The position numbers were made by a program, and so were the translations under genes. From positions 1 through 49,644 of the forward strand of contig JBJEPO010000130.1 of NCBI GenBank assembly GCA_051881275.1: DNA of 49,644 nucleotides, read 5' to 3'. The notes below the pieces were generated by a model that was not told the DNA's origin, ran no database searches, and was given only the letters and a program-made list of their open reading frames with translations. Position 1 is the first letter of the stretch. Each line of letters starts with the position of its first letter. Of this stretch, positions 29,594 through 39,183 are shown piece by piece. The stretch comes from Eubacterium sp. (GTDB lineage Bacteria; Bacillota; Clostridia; Oscillospirales; Acutalibacteraceae).

Positions 29594-30415
29594 ATGTCGG
29601 ACAAGAATACCGAAAAAAATGCCAAAAGCAATTCTAATAACAAAAGCAAAAAAACTGCCAAAGTAATACTTATAATTATTGCGGTGCTGATGATAATATT
29701 CGGCTCCGTATCCTTCGGAATATATTTATATAATCAGTATAGTGCAGGCGCAGGTGACGACGAGCTTTCAACTGCGGTTACTACGACGCAGGCGGTTTCC
29801 GATAATGAGGGAAAAGCGGAAAATCCCATTGATTTTGACGCACTTAAGGAGAAAAACGACGAGATTTACGCATGGATAAAGGTTCCCGGCACAAAGGTTG
29901 ATTATCCTATCGTTCAAAGCGCCGACAACGACGAATTTTACTTAAAGCACGATGCTCTTACTAAAAAGTGGCAGGCAAACGGTGCAATTTATACCGAGAT
30001 GTCAAATCATACTGATTTTTATGACCCTATTACCGTAATTTACGGCCATAACGGATACAGTGATTCTATGTTCACAACGCTTCACAAGTTTGAGGACAAG
30101 GAATTTTTTGACGAGCACGAATATTTTTATATTTATACACCTGATTCAAAGCTGACCTACCAGATAATCTCGGCGTTCAAATATGATGACAGGCATATAA
30201 TGAACTCCTTTGATTTTAACGATATTACGGTTTTGGAGAATTTCCAGGCAAATCTGATTAATCCTAAATCAAATAATAAAAATGTCAGGGATAAGCTTGA
30301 CAAAACCATTACAAGATTGGATAATATAGTAATCTTATCCACCTGTATAACAAACCAAAAGAGCAGCAGATATTTAGTTTGCGGGGTATTAATTAATAAT
30401 GAAAAAACCGATTGA
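29594..30415 (+). CDS. srtB: Class B sortase
   Basis: IDFDAL, AWIKVPGT.VDYPIVQ, IYGH, LSTC and downstream Arg; N-terminal TM segment. Confidence 0.92.
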   Translation: MSDKNTEKNAKSNSNNKSKKTAKVILIIIAVLMIIFGSVSFGIYLYNQYSAGAGDDELSTAVTTTQAVSDNEGKAENPIDFDALKEKNDEIYAWIKVPGTKVDYPIVQSADNDEFYLKHDALTKKWQANGAIYTEMSNHTDFYDPITVIYGHNGYSDSMFTTLHKFEDKEFFDEHEYFYIYTPDSKLTYQIISAFKYDDRHIMNSFDFNDITVLENFQANLINPKSNNKNVRDKLDKTITRLDNIVILSTCITNQKSSRYLVCGVLINNEKTD

Positions 30416-31766
30416 TCCAAATTTAAACAATTTAAGCGACGAGGATTTTTTGCTGAGTGCGGACAAGCTTAAAAACAAGCCGAATTTTTCTTTTGATGAT
30501 TCTGCTATACTGAAAAAGCCGGATGAGCCTCATTTTAAAGTGACTCAGGCGGACGAGCAGGGATTGACTCACAGTGATTATCATTCGGGTGAACATTCGT
30601 CATCAGGCGGTTCTTCATCAAGCCACAGCTCCTCCTCCCAGCACTCGTCCTCGCATCATTCATCATCCTCACATCATCATTCCTCATCATCGCATCATCA
30701 TTCTTCCTCCTCTCACAGCAGGTCAAAACGACGCAGTTCAAAGAAGAAAAAGATGCCCTTGGCGGCACGTATTATTATTGCTATTGCACTGATTTTACTG
30801 TTGATAATTCTCATTGTGGGCGGAACCTTCTTCATTCTTCAGCAGACCGGTAAGAAGGACCTGCAGACCTCTGTCACTGAGGAGGTGCCGTATCAGGAAA
30901 CAATAGAGTATAAAGGGCATACCTACGTATTTGATAAGGATGTTGTGTCCATGGCATTTTTGGGCATTGACCAGCGAGATTTGGACCAATCCTCAAAAAA
31001 TCAGTTTGTGGGTGCCGCCGACGCAGATATTGTTCTTGCTATTGATACCAAGGACGCAACGGCAAAGGTTATTGCCATTCCCCGTGATACTATTGTTGAT
31101 GTTGATACTTACAGTAAAAGCGGTGTGTTCCTAAGCACCCAAAAGATGCAGTTGTGTCTTGCCTACGCTTACGGAGACGGAAAAGCCAAAAGCTGTACCA
31201 ATGTTACAAATTCAATCAGCCGTATATTGTACAATGTGCCCATTGATAAATATTTTGCCCTTGACTTAAACGGAATTGCTCCGCTGAACGACGCTATCGG
31301 CGGTGTTACTGTGGAATCACTGTACGATTTCAATACAAGCGTGCTTAATGTAAAAAAGGGTGAAACCGTTACCCTTAAAGGCGATATGGCGGAGGCCTAT
31401 GTCCGTACGAGAAGCCTTGACGATATTAACGCATCCCTTAACCGTACCGACAGGCAGGTTCAGTATGTTAAGGCGTATGTTTCTCAGGCAGTACCTGCGG
31501 TTGTAAAGGATTTTGGCGTAGTGTCCGACCTTTATAATACCGCCTCCGAATACAGCCAGACAAATATTTCCGTCAATAACGTAACATATCTTGCCTCCCT
31601 TCTTCTTTCAAAGGGTGTTACAGGATTTGATACATATAAAATTGAGGGCGAAATGAAAGAGGCTAAGATAACAGATTTTCCCGACGCAGTTCACGCTGAA
31701 TTTTATCCCGACGAGGATAAGCTTATGGAAACCGTCCTTGAGGTTTACTATGACAGAATAGATTAA
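30399..31766 (+). CDS. LCP (LytR-CpsA-Psr) family glycopolymer transferase with His/Ser-rich N-terminus
   Basis: FLGID, AD, IPRDT, LAYAYG, DAIGGVTV, YVRTR, R..RQ. Confidence 0.9.
   Translation: MKKPIDPNLNNLSDEDFLLSADKLKNKPNFSFDDSAILKKPDEPHFKVTQADEQGLTHSDYHSGEHSSSGGSSSSHSSSSQHSSSHHSSSSHHHSSSSHHHSSSSHSRSKRRSSKKKKMPLAARIIIAIALILLLIILIVGGTFFILQQTGKKDLQTSVTEEVPYQETIEYKGHTYVFDKDVVSMAFLGIDQRDLDQSSKNQFVGAADADIVLAIDTKDATAKVIAIPRDTIVDVDTYSKSGVFLSTQKMQLCLAYAYGDGKAKSCTNVTNSISRILYNVPIDKYFALDLNGIAPLNDAIGGVTVESLYDFNTSVLNVKKGETVTLKGDMAEAYVRTRSLDDINASLNRTDRQVQYVKAYVSQAVPAVVKDFGVVSDLYNTASEYSQTNISVNNVTYLASLLLSKGVTGFDTYKIEGEMKEAKITDFPDAVHAEFYPDEDKLMETVLEVYYDRID
30570..30752 (+). repeat. His/Ser low-complexity tract with imperfect HHHSSSS (21-nt) repeats
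   Basis: CAT/TCA/TCC-rich DNA encoding 14 His among Ser runs, followed by RSKRRSSKKKK. Confidence 0.9.
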
Positions 31767-31783
31767 TAAATAAATTATTTGAC

Positions 31784-31822
31784 AAACACCTGATTTCTGC
31801 AAAGGAAATCGGGTGTTTTTTT
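31784..31822 (+). terminator. Intrinsic terminator
   Basis: AAACACCTGATTTC...GAAATCGGGTGTTT plus T-tract. Confidence 0.8.
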
Positions 31823-31884
31823 ACGCCATTTTAACTGTATTTTATATAAAACCAAACGGAAATTTAATATATAGGCTTTACAAT
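31820..31884 (+). promoter_or_regulatory. Putative Pho-box array/promoter of pstS
   Basis: Degenerate hexamers at 11-bp spacing: TTTACG 31820, TTAACT 31831, TTATAT 31842, CAAACG 31853, TTAATA 31864; then TACAAT. Confidence 0.45.
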
Positions 31885-31940
31885 GCTCTTGTATCGCAAA
31901 AGCGATATATAATATGATTGTTTAAGAAAGGAGTAAAAAA

Positions 31941-32834
31941 ATGACAAAGATAAAAAAGGCAATCATCTCAATTATGGCAGCATCAGTTGCAATCACAGCA
32001 GTGCTTGCAGGCTGCAGCACATCAAAAAAAGACAGCAGTACAGACGATAATCAAGCACAGGCTATTACAGGAAGCATTACAGTAGTATCCCGTGAGGAAG
32101 GCTCGGGCACCCGTGATGCGTTTACCGAATTAATGGGTATTATTGATGAAAATGACAATGATATGACTGTGCAAACTGCAGAATTTACCAATTCAACCTC
32201 AGTTATGATGTCAACAGTACAAGGCAACGAAAAAGCAATAGGCTACGTATCTCTCGGCTCACTGTCAGATACCGTTAAAGCCGTATCGCTTGATGGAGTT
32301 GAGCCGTCAGTATCTACTGTAAAGGACGGCACCTATAAGCTTCAAAGACCGTTTAATATTGCTTACATAGATTCGTCGCTTTCTGACATTGCCAAGGATT
32401 TCATAGCATATATTATGAGCACCCAGGGGCAGGCGATTATAGATAAGGAAGGCTATATCAGTATAGAAAGCACTGCCGAATATCAGCCTTCATCACTTTC
32501 GGGCACTGTAACCTTGGCAGGCTCAACATCTGTTGCACCGGTTATGAATGTTATTGCAGACGAGTACAAAAAGCTTAATCCGCAGGTTAAGATAGAAATT
32601 CAGGAATCCGGTTCATCAGCAGGAATACAGTCGGCTATAAGCGGTGCAGTAGATATTGCAATGTCTTCAAGAGAGCTTAAAGAGGACGAGGCAAAAACAC
32701 TTAAAGCAGAAAAAATTGCATTGGACGGCATTGCTGTAATTGTAAACAATAATAACAGCATTTCTAATCTTACATCAAATCAAGTTAAGTCAATTTATAC
32801 AGGTGAAATCACTGCTTGGGATGAATTGAAATGA
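31941..32834 (+). CDS. pstS: Phosphate ABC transporter substrate-binding lipoprotein (circularly permuted type)
   Basis: Lipobox LAGC; SREEGSGTR, LQRPF, AGSTSV, GSSAG, LDGIAVIV. Confidence 0.93.
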   Translation: MTKIKKAIISIMAASVAITAVLAGCSTSKKDSSTDDNQAQAITGSITVVSREEGSGTRDAFTELMGIIDENDNDMTVQTAEFTNSTSVMMSTVQGNEKAIGYVSLGSLSDTVKAVSLDGVEPSVSTVKDGTYKLQRPFNIAYIDSSLSDIAKDFIAYIMSTQGQAIIDKEGYISIESTAEYQPSSLSGTVTLAGSTSVAPVMNVIADEYKKLNPQVKIEIQESGSSAGIQSAISGAVDIAMSSRELKEDEAKTLKAEKIALDGIAVIVNNNNSISNLTSNQVKSIYTGEITAWDELK

Positions 32835-33691
32835 CAAAAAAATTAACTGAAACCGCTATGCGCATATTATTTTTGATTTGTGCGTCAGTGTCGGTAATAG
32901 CGGTTGTGCTGATTTGCAGATTTATATTTGTAAATTCGGTTCCGGCAATATCGCAAATAGGATTAGGTAATTTTATTTTTGGCAGAGAATGGCGTCCGAG
33001 ACAGAATATGTATGGAATTTTTCCTATGATAACAGCAAGCGTGTATGTTACGGCGGGTGCTGTTATCGTAGGCGTTCCTACGGGATTGCTTACTGCGATA
33101 TTTCTGTCATTTTATTGTCCGAAAAAGCTTTACAAAATATTAAAGCCGATGATTAACCTATTGGCATCTGTGCCTTCTGTTGTTTACGGATTTTTCTGTC
33201 TTATGGTAGTCGTTCCGGTAATGCAACGGCTTACGGATACAAGCGGTAAGGGGATAATTACAGCGTCAATTTTGTTAGGCATAATGATACTGCCTACTAT
33301 AATAAACACTGCTGAAACATCTCTTAAATCCGTACCGTCACAATATTTTGAAGGTGCCCTTGCTTTAGGAGCAACCAAAGAACGATGTATATTTAAAACC
33401 GTATTACCGGCGGCTTCATCAGGAATTTTGTGCGGTGTAATTTTAGGTATAGGCAGAGCCATAGGCGAAACAATGGCTGTTGTTATGATTGCAGGCAATC
33501 AGCCGGTACTGCCGGACAGTATTACGTCAGGGGTAAGAACATTAACAGGTAATATTGTACTTGAAATGGCGTATGCGGCAGGATTGCACAGGCAGGCTTT
33601 AATAGCGACGGCGGCCGTTTTGTTTGTGTTTATACTTATTATCAATTTATGCTTTACAGCGTTGGCAGGATTAAGGAGGAATAAGCAATGA
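32831..33691 (+). CDS. pstC: Phosphate ABC transporter permease
   Basis: LLASVPSVVYG, ALALGAT, GRAIGETMAV. Confidence 0.95.
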   Translation: MTKKLTETAMRILFLICASVSVIAVVLICRFIFVNSVPAISQIGLGNFIFGREWRPRQNMYGIFPMITASVYVTAGAVIVGVPTGLLTAIFLSFYCPKKLYKILKPMINLLASVPSVVYGFFCLMVVVPVMQRLTDTSGKGIITASILLGIMILPTIINTAETSLKSVPSQYFEGALALGATKERCIFKTVLPAASSGILCGVILGIGRAIGETMAVVMIAGNQPVLPDSITSGVRTLTGNIVLEMAYAAGLHRQALIATAAVLFVFILIINLCFTALAGLRRNKQ

Positions 33692-34524
33692 AACGGCTGA
33701 AAAAAATTGTTTGTTATCCTGCCGCTTTTTTTGCCCGTTTATGTGTGTATGCTGCTGCGGTTGTTACGGCATGCGTAATTGTATTTGTTATAGCGTACAT
33801 TCTGATAAAGGGGATACCTAATTTAACGCCGGAGCTGTTTTCTCTAAAGCATACTGCACAGAATCATTCTATGCTCCCCTCAATATTAAATACATTATAT
33901 ATTACATATATTACCCTTTTGATAGCTGTTCCGATAGGCGTTTTTTCAGCGATATATTTGGTGGAGTATTCAAAAAAAGGCAGTAAATTTGTTAAGATTA
34001 TAAGAATTACAAACGAAACGCTTGCAGGAATACCGTCAATTGTATATGGATTATTTGGTTTTTTGGCATTTGTTATTGCGAGAGAGTGGGGCTATTCACT
34101 TAAAGCGGGAGTAATTACCCTGGCAATTATGGTATTGCCTGTTATAATTCGCACAACAGAGGAAGCATTAATGTCTGTACCTATATCCTACCGTGAAGGC
34201 TCATTCGGTTTGGGTGCCGGTAAGCTAAGAACAATATTTAAAATAATTTTGCCCTGTGCAGCTCCGGGAATTCTGTCCGGCGTTATTTTGGCAACAGGCA
34301 GAATTGTCGGCGAAACAGCGGCACTTATCTATACGGCAGGAACAGTTCCCGATGCTGCCGAAAGTTTAAATTCGTCCGGCAGAACTCTGTCGGTGCACTT
34401 GTACTGCCTTTTGTCAGAGGGATTATTTACGGACCAGGCATACGCCACCGCAGTTGTTTTGCTTGCAGTTGTGTTGGTTATAAACGCTCTGTCAAATATG
34501 ATTGTAAAAAGGATGTCAAAATGA
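33688..34524 (+). CDS. pstA: Phosphate ABC transporter permease
   Basis: [30 protein letters not shown]. Confidence 0.95.
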   Translation: MKRLKKIVCYPAAFFARLCVYAAAVVTACVIVFVIAYILIKGIPNLTPELFSLKHTAQNHSMLPSILNTLYITYITLLIAVPIGVFSAIYLVEYSKKGSKFVKIIRITNETLAGIPSIVYGLFGFLAFVIAREWGYSLKAGVITLAIMVLPVIIRTTEEALMSVPISYREGSFGLGAGKLRTIFKIILPCAAPGILSGVILATGRIVGETAALIYTAGTVPDAAESLNSSGRTLSVHLYCLLSEGLFTDQAYATAVVLLAVVLVINALSNMIVKRMSK

Positions 34525-35276
34525 GTAAAAGTAAATATGAAATAAAAAATCTTGAATTATATTACGGCAGCTTCAAGGCTATTAAGGGCATAAATATGAG
34601 TATTGAGGAAAACGGCATAACAGCCTTTATCGGACCCTCCGGATGCGGTAAATCAACGGTTATTAAGACTCTTAACCGTATGAATGACCTTGTTGACGAC
34701 TGTAAAATTACCGGACAGGTTTTGTTGGACGGTGTGGATATTTACAAAGATATAGATGTGAATGTTCTTCGCAAACGAGCCGGTATGGTATTTCAAAAAC
34801 CAAACCCTTTCCCAATGAGTATTTATGATAATATCGCCTATGGTCCCAGAACGCACGGTGTAAAAAAGAGAGGTCAGCTTGATGAAATTGTGGAAAAAAC
34901 ACTGCGCAAGGCCGCATTGTGGGATGAGGTTTCGGATAAATTGAAAAAGAACGCCCTCACTCTGTCGGGCGGACAACAGCAAAGGCTGTGTATTGCACGT
35001 GCTCTTGCCGTAAATCCGGAGGTTTTGCTTATGGATGAGCCAACCTCTGCGTTGGATCCAATATCAACATCAAAAATAGAGGACTTGGTTTTGGAGCTTA
35101 AAGAGAACTACACAGTTATTATTGTTACTCATTCAATGCAGCAGGCGGCAAGAATTTCTGATAAAACAGCATTCTTTTTGTTAGGCGAGGTTGTTGAAAT
35201 GGGCAGTACGAAGGATATTTTTTCGCACCCGGACGACCCGCGCACAAGCGATTACATTAATGGAAAATTCGGATAA
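34521..35276 (+). CDS. pstB: Phosphate ABC transporter ATPase
   Basis: [38 protein letters not shown]. Confidence 0.97.
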   Translation: MSKSKYEIKNLELYYGSFKAIKGINMSIEENGITAFIGPSGCGKSTVIKTLNRMNDLVDDCKITGQVLLDGVDIYKDIDVNVLRKRAGMVFQKPNPFPMSIYDNIAYGPRTHGVKKRGQLDEIVEKTLRKAALWDEVSDKLKKNALTLSGGQQQRLCIARALAVNPEVLLMDEPTSALDPISTSKIEDLVLELKENYTVIIVTHSMQQAARISDKTAFFLLGEVVEMGSTKDIFSHPDDPRTSDYINGKFG

Positions 35277-35288
35277 AAGCATAAAAAA

Positions 35289-35312
35289 TAAACCCCAAAA
35301 GGTTGGGGTTTA
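35289..35312. terminator. Bidirectional terminator between pstB and the TSUP gene
   Basis: TAAACCCCAA-AAGG-TTGGGGTTTA. Confidence 0.7.
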
Positions 35313-35323
35313 TAGCATATATT

Positions 35324-36097
35324 TTACTTTGTAAAAATATTTACGCTGATTACGGCAATGCCGAGAATTAACAGGATAACGCCGGTGGCACGGTTAAGAG
35401 CTTTCGGCGAGGCTTTGTTGGCGAATTTCGCCGCAATGCGTGCCCAAATCAGCGTGAACACAACGCACAGTAAAAGCGTTGTAATATCGGGCATACCGCC
35501 CATTGCAAAGTGACTGACAGAGCCGGTAAGGGCCGTAAAGGTCATAATGAATACGCTGGTTCCTACGGCGGTTTTCAGCTCGTAGCCTAAAACTGTTGTG
35601 AGGATTAACAGCATCATCATTCCGCCGCCTGCGCCTACGAAGCCGCATATAAATCCGATTACCGTTCCGCAGACCACGGACTGAATAATTCTTTTCTTTT
35701 TGCTGACGCTGTTCATTTTTTCCTTTGTGGTCATAACAGGCTTTACAATGAATTTTATTCCTAAAAACATTGTCATAAACATTGAAAAATTGCCCATTGT
35801 GGTGTTTGGAACAAGCTTTGCAATGTAGCTGCCCACCAACGTAAACAAAAGAACAAAAATCATCATTATAACGCCGTTTTTTACGTCAATATTTTTATTC
35901 TTTTTGTAGGTGTAAGCACTGATCGCACTGGCGAGAACATCACTTGCCAGGGCAATTCCCACCGCCTCATAAGCCGGCATGCCTAAAAATGTAATAAGCA
36001 TAGGACTTATTACTGCGGCGGCGCTCATTCCGGCAAATCCCGTGCCTAAGCCTGCGCCCATACCGGCAAGAAAACAAATTATAATTTTTAAAATCAT
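35324..36097 (-). CDS. TauE/SafE (TSUP) family transporter
   Basis: Gly-rich TM repeats, GFVGAGGG, AVGTS; ~8 TM segments. Confidence 0.85.
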   Translation of the reverse strand: MILKIIICFLAGMGAGLGTGFAGMSAAAVISPMLITFLGMPAYEAVGIALASDVLASAISAYTYKKNKNIDVKNGVIMMIFVLLFTLVGSYIAKLVPNTTMGNFSMFMTMFLGIKFIVKPVMTTKEKMNSVSKKKRIIQSVVCGTVIGFICGFVGAGGGMMMLLILTTVLGYELKTAVGTSVFIMTFTALTGSVSHFAMGGMPDITTLLLCVVFTLIWARIAAKFANKASPKALNRATGVILLILGIAVISVNIFTK

Positions 36098-36193
36098 ATT
36101 ACAAGGGTCATCTCTTTTATAAGTATATAAATGACATTTTAGCCATTTGTCTTATAAATGTCAATATTTATAGTTAAACATTAATATTTATTT

Positions 36194-36224
36194 AAAAAAT
36201 GCCTCTGCTGAGTACAGAGGCGTT
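36194..36224 (-). terminator. Intrinsic terminator
   Basis: AAATGCCTCTG...CAGAGGCGTTT with an upstream A-run, downstream of the YeiH gene. Confidence 0.65.
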
Positions 36225-36229
36225 TATAA

Positions 36230-37315
36230 TTAAAGATTTGTACTGTAAATTCCCGTTAACTGCTGAACACCCAGAGAAACGGCGGTTATTGCAACCCAGC
36301 AGCAAAAGCCGAGAGCAATGGGCTTTCCGCCTTTTTTAACAAGATTTACAATATTTGTGTTAAGACCTATTGCGCACATCGCCATTGCAATGAAGAATTT
36401 TGCCAGCCATTTTGCCGCACCCACAAAGGCTTCGTTATAAAATACGGTAAAGCTGCTTTCAGGCAGTGCGCCGATAATTGTTGTTATAACGGAGGCGGCG
36501 ATGAAATACAGAATGAAAAAGGGGAAAATGCTTTTAAAGGATACCTTTGCCCCCTCACCTCCGGATTTTTTTGCCCTTCTTGTTCTGATGAAGGCCAGCA
36601 CAAGAGTAATTGGTATAATGGCGAGAGTTCTCGTAAGCTTTACGGTTACTGCAGAGGAAAGTATGCCGGTTGTGCCGTAAATTCCCTCGGCGGTTGAAGC
36701 GGCGGCGGTTACTGAGGAGGTATCGTTTACTGCCGTACCTGCAAATATGGCAAATCCCTCACTGCCCAAGCCGATTTTATATCCCAGCGTGGGGAAAATA
36801 AGCGCCGCTATTACATTGAAAAGAAAAATTACGGAAATTGACTGCGCCACTTCCTCGTCGTCGGCGTCAATTACCGGCGCTGTGGCGGCTATTGCCGAGC
36901 CTCCGCAGATTGAGGAGCCGACGCCCACAAGACAGGCAACCTTTTTGTCAATTTTCATTACCTTCATCAGTATCATTGCAACTATAAGCGAAATAAGAAT
37001 AGTGCAAATAATTACAGGCAGGCTCTGTGCGCCGACCTTTGCGATTGTACCTAAATTAAGGCTGAAGCCCAAAATAATTACCGCCCATTGCAGAATTTTT
37101 TTGGAGGTAAAGGTAATTCCGCTTTTCATCATATCGCTTACGGCAAATTTCGGCGCAATAAGGGTTATAATCATACCGATAAGTATGGCGAAAACCGGTG
37201 CGCCGATAACGTCAAAGCTGAAGGAGCCTATTTGAATTTCAGCCAGCAAAGTTGCCGCCGCCGCAATCAGCACGCAGACGGCTATGCCGGGAAGATTGTT
37301 TTTTAACTGTTTCAT
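36230..37315 (-). CDS. YeiH/UPF0324 family putative sulfate exporter
   Basis: GSSICGGSAIAATAP, GTAVNDTSSV, VKLTRTL. Confidence 0.9.
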   Translation of the reverse strand: MKQLKNNLPGIAVCVLIAAAATLLAEIQIGSFSFDVIGAPVFAILIGMIITLIAPKFAVSDMMKSGITFTSKKILQWAVIILGFSLNLGTIAKVGAQSLPVIICTILISLIVAMILMKVMKIDKKVACLVGVGSSICGGSAIAATAPVIDADDEEVAQSISVIFLFNVIAALIFPTLGYKIGLGSEGFAIFAGTAVNDTSSVTAAASTAEGIYGTTGILSSAVTVKLTRTLAIIPITLVLAFIRTRRAKKSGGEGAKVSFKSIFPFFILYFIAASVITTIIGALPESSFTVFYNEAFVGAAKWLAKFFIAMAMCAIGLNTNIVNLVKKGGKPIALGFCCWVAITAVSLGVQQLTGIYSTNL

Positions 37316-37356
37316 ATTTTCATCTCTTTATTAAAATTTATATAACTATTATACAC

Positions 37357-37394
37357 AAAAAATCGGTGAAAACAATATGATTTCACCGATTTTA
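37357..37394 (-). terminator. Intrinsic terminator
   Basis: AAAATCGGTGAAA...TTTCACCGATTTT. Confidence 0.75.
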
Positions 37395-37397
37395 TTA

Positions 37398-38195
37398 TTA
37401 TTCCGAAAGCAACATTCTGTCGTTGTCAAGCTCCTCGCCGGAATTAACCTTGAATTTAGCAAGCAGATCGGCAGTTGTAAGATTCTTTTTCTCCTCACCG
37501 CTGACATCGTAAATAATCTTGCCGTCGTTCATCATAACAAGGCGGTTGCCTATGTTAATGGCGTCCTTCATATTATGGGTAATCATAATTGTTGTAAGAT
37601 TGTCTTTGTTTACAATTTTTTCGGTAAGGGAAAGAACCTTGTGAGCCGTTTTCGGGTCAAGGGCGGCAGTGTGCTCGTCAAGCAGAAGAAGCTTTGGCTT
37701 ATTCATAGTTGCCATAAGCAAGGTGATAGCCTGACGCTGACCGCCGGATAAAAGTCCCACCTTTGAGGTAAGCCTTGTTTCAAGTCCTAAATCAAGCTCT
37801 TTAAGAATTTGTGCATAATGCTCCTTTTCCTTGCGTGTTACACCGAAGGCAAGTCCTCTTGCTTTGCCTCGTCTTGCGGCAAGGGCAAGGTTTTCAACTA
37901 TCTGCATATCGGCGGCAGTACCGTTCATCGGGTCCTGGAAAACTCTGCCGATATATTTTGCTCTTTTGTGCTCCGGAAGCTTTGTAACGTCAACGCCGTC
38001 AATAATAATTGAACCGCAGTCAACGGGATATACACCTGCAACCATATTGAGCATTGTGGATTTTCCGGCGCCGTTACCGCCGATAACCGTTACGAAATCA
38101 CCCTCGTTAAGAACAAGGTCAACACCGTTTAACGCTTTTTTCTCATTTACAGTACCTGGGTTGAAGGTTTTGTGAACATTTTTAATCTCAAGCAT
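37398..38195 (-). CDS. ABC transporter ATPase (TrpZ-like)
   Basis: GGNGAGKST, RVFQDP, LSGGQRQ, LLDEHTAALDP. Confidence 0.9.
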   Translation of the reverse strand: MLEIKNVHKTFNPGTVNEKKALNGVDLVLNEGDFVTVIGGNGAGKSTMLNMVAGVYPVDCGSIIIDGVDVTKLPEHKRAKYIGRVFQDPMNGTAADMQIVENLALAARRGKARGLAFGVTRKEKEHYAQILKELDLGLETRLTSKVGLLSGGQRQAITLLMATMNKPKLLLLDEHTAALDPKTAHKVLSLTEKIVNKDNLTTIMITHNMKDAINIGNRLVMMNDGKIIYDVSGEEKKNLTTADLLAKFKVNSGEELDNDRMLLSE

Positions 38196-38199
38196 ATTC

Positions 38200-39102
38200 T
38201 TAAACCTCCTTTGCTTTCAGACGCTTATTGGCAATTTTTGATTTCCAGTAGGGTGCGCCCAGGAACAGTGCAACAACGATTGCCGAAAACAGTTTAAGGT
38301 CGTTTGCGTCAAGTCCTAATTTAAGTACAAGGGCAATTACTATGTAATAGATAACGCTTCCGAATACTGCGGCAAGCAATTTGAGGGCAAAGTTTTTGAA
38401 AATTTTGCCGAAAATAACCTCGCCGATAATAACTGCGGCAAGACCGATTACGATAGCGCCTCTGCCCATATTGATATCTGCGCTTCCGCTGAACTGTGCA
38501 AGAAGTCCGCCGGAAATTGCAACAAGTCCGTTTGAAATAACGAGACCTATAATTTTTCTTGTATCTGTGTTGATACCGTTGGCTCTTGCCATATTCTGGT
38601 TTGAACCTGTGGCACGGATTGAATGACCCATCTCTGTGCCGAAGAACCAGTAAAGCACGGCAATTATTACTACTACGAATATACCGGCTACAAGTATGGT
38701 ACGCCAAATTTGGAGCATATTTGACGATACGATAAGGTCAAAATTACGCCAGCTTATTGTAACATTTGCACGTCCGCTCATAATACGAAGATTGATTGAG
38801 TACAACGCAAGCTGTGTCAGAATACCTGCCAGAATAGCCGGTATGCCGAATTTTGTATGAAGTATGCCGGTGGCAAGACCTGCAAGACAGCCGGCAATAA
38901 ATGCTATCAGCAAAGCGATATAAATATTTGTTCCGTTTGTTGTAAGCACAACGAGAACGGCGCCGCCGGTGCCCAGTGTGCCGTCAACGGTAAGGTCCGC
39001 AAGGTCAAGAATTTTGTATGTGATGTAAACGCCTATCGCCATAATGCCCCAAATCATACCCTGGGCAATAGGAGAAGGCAGGGATTGCAAAAATTCTAAC
39101 AT
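38200..39102 (-). CDS. ABC transporter permease (TrpY-like)
   Basis: ADLTVDG, LYSINLRI, MGRGAIVIGLAAVIIGE. Confidence 0.88.
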   Translation of the reverse strand: MLEFLQSLPSPIAQGMIWGIMAIGVYITYKILDLADLTVDGTLGTGGAVLVVLTTNGTNIYIALLIAFIAGCLAGLATGILHTKFGIPAILAGILTQLALYSINLRIMSGRANVTISWRNFDLIVSSNMLQIWRTILVAGIFVVVIIAVLYWFFGTEMGHSIRATGSNQNMARANGINTDTRKIIGLVISNGLVAISGGLLAQFSGSADINMGRGAIVIGLAAVIIGEVIFGKIFKNFALKLLAAVFGSVIYYIVIALVLKLGLDANDLKLFSAIVVALFLGAPYWKSKIANKRLKAKEV

Positions 39103-39124
39103 AAGTATAAATTCTCCTAAGCAA

Positions 39125-39161
39125 CAAAAAAGCGATAAGGATAAATTTCTTATCGCTTTTT
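39125..39161 (-). terminator. Hairpin after the binding-protein gene (terminator or stabiliser)
   Basis: AAAAAGCGATAAG...CTTATCGCTTTTT. Confidence 0.7.
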
Positions 39162-39183
39162 ATTTTGTTTTAGTTTGTTATTT

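Noticed and set aside
30570-30720. CAT/TCA repeats as a CRISPR array or phase-variable microsatellite
   Set aside because: In-frame coding low-complexity sequence with mixed codons; no spacers or cas genes
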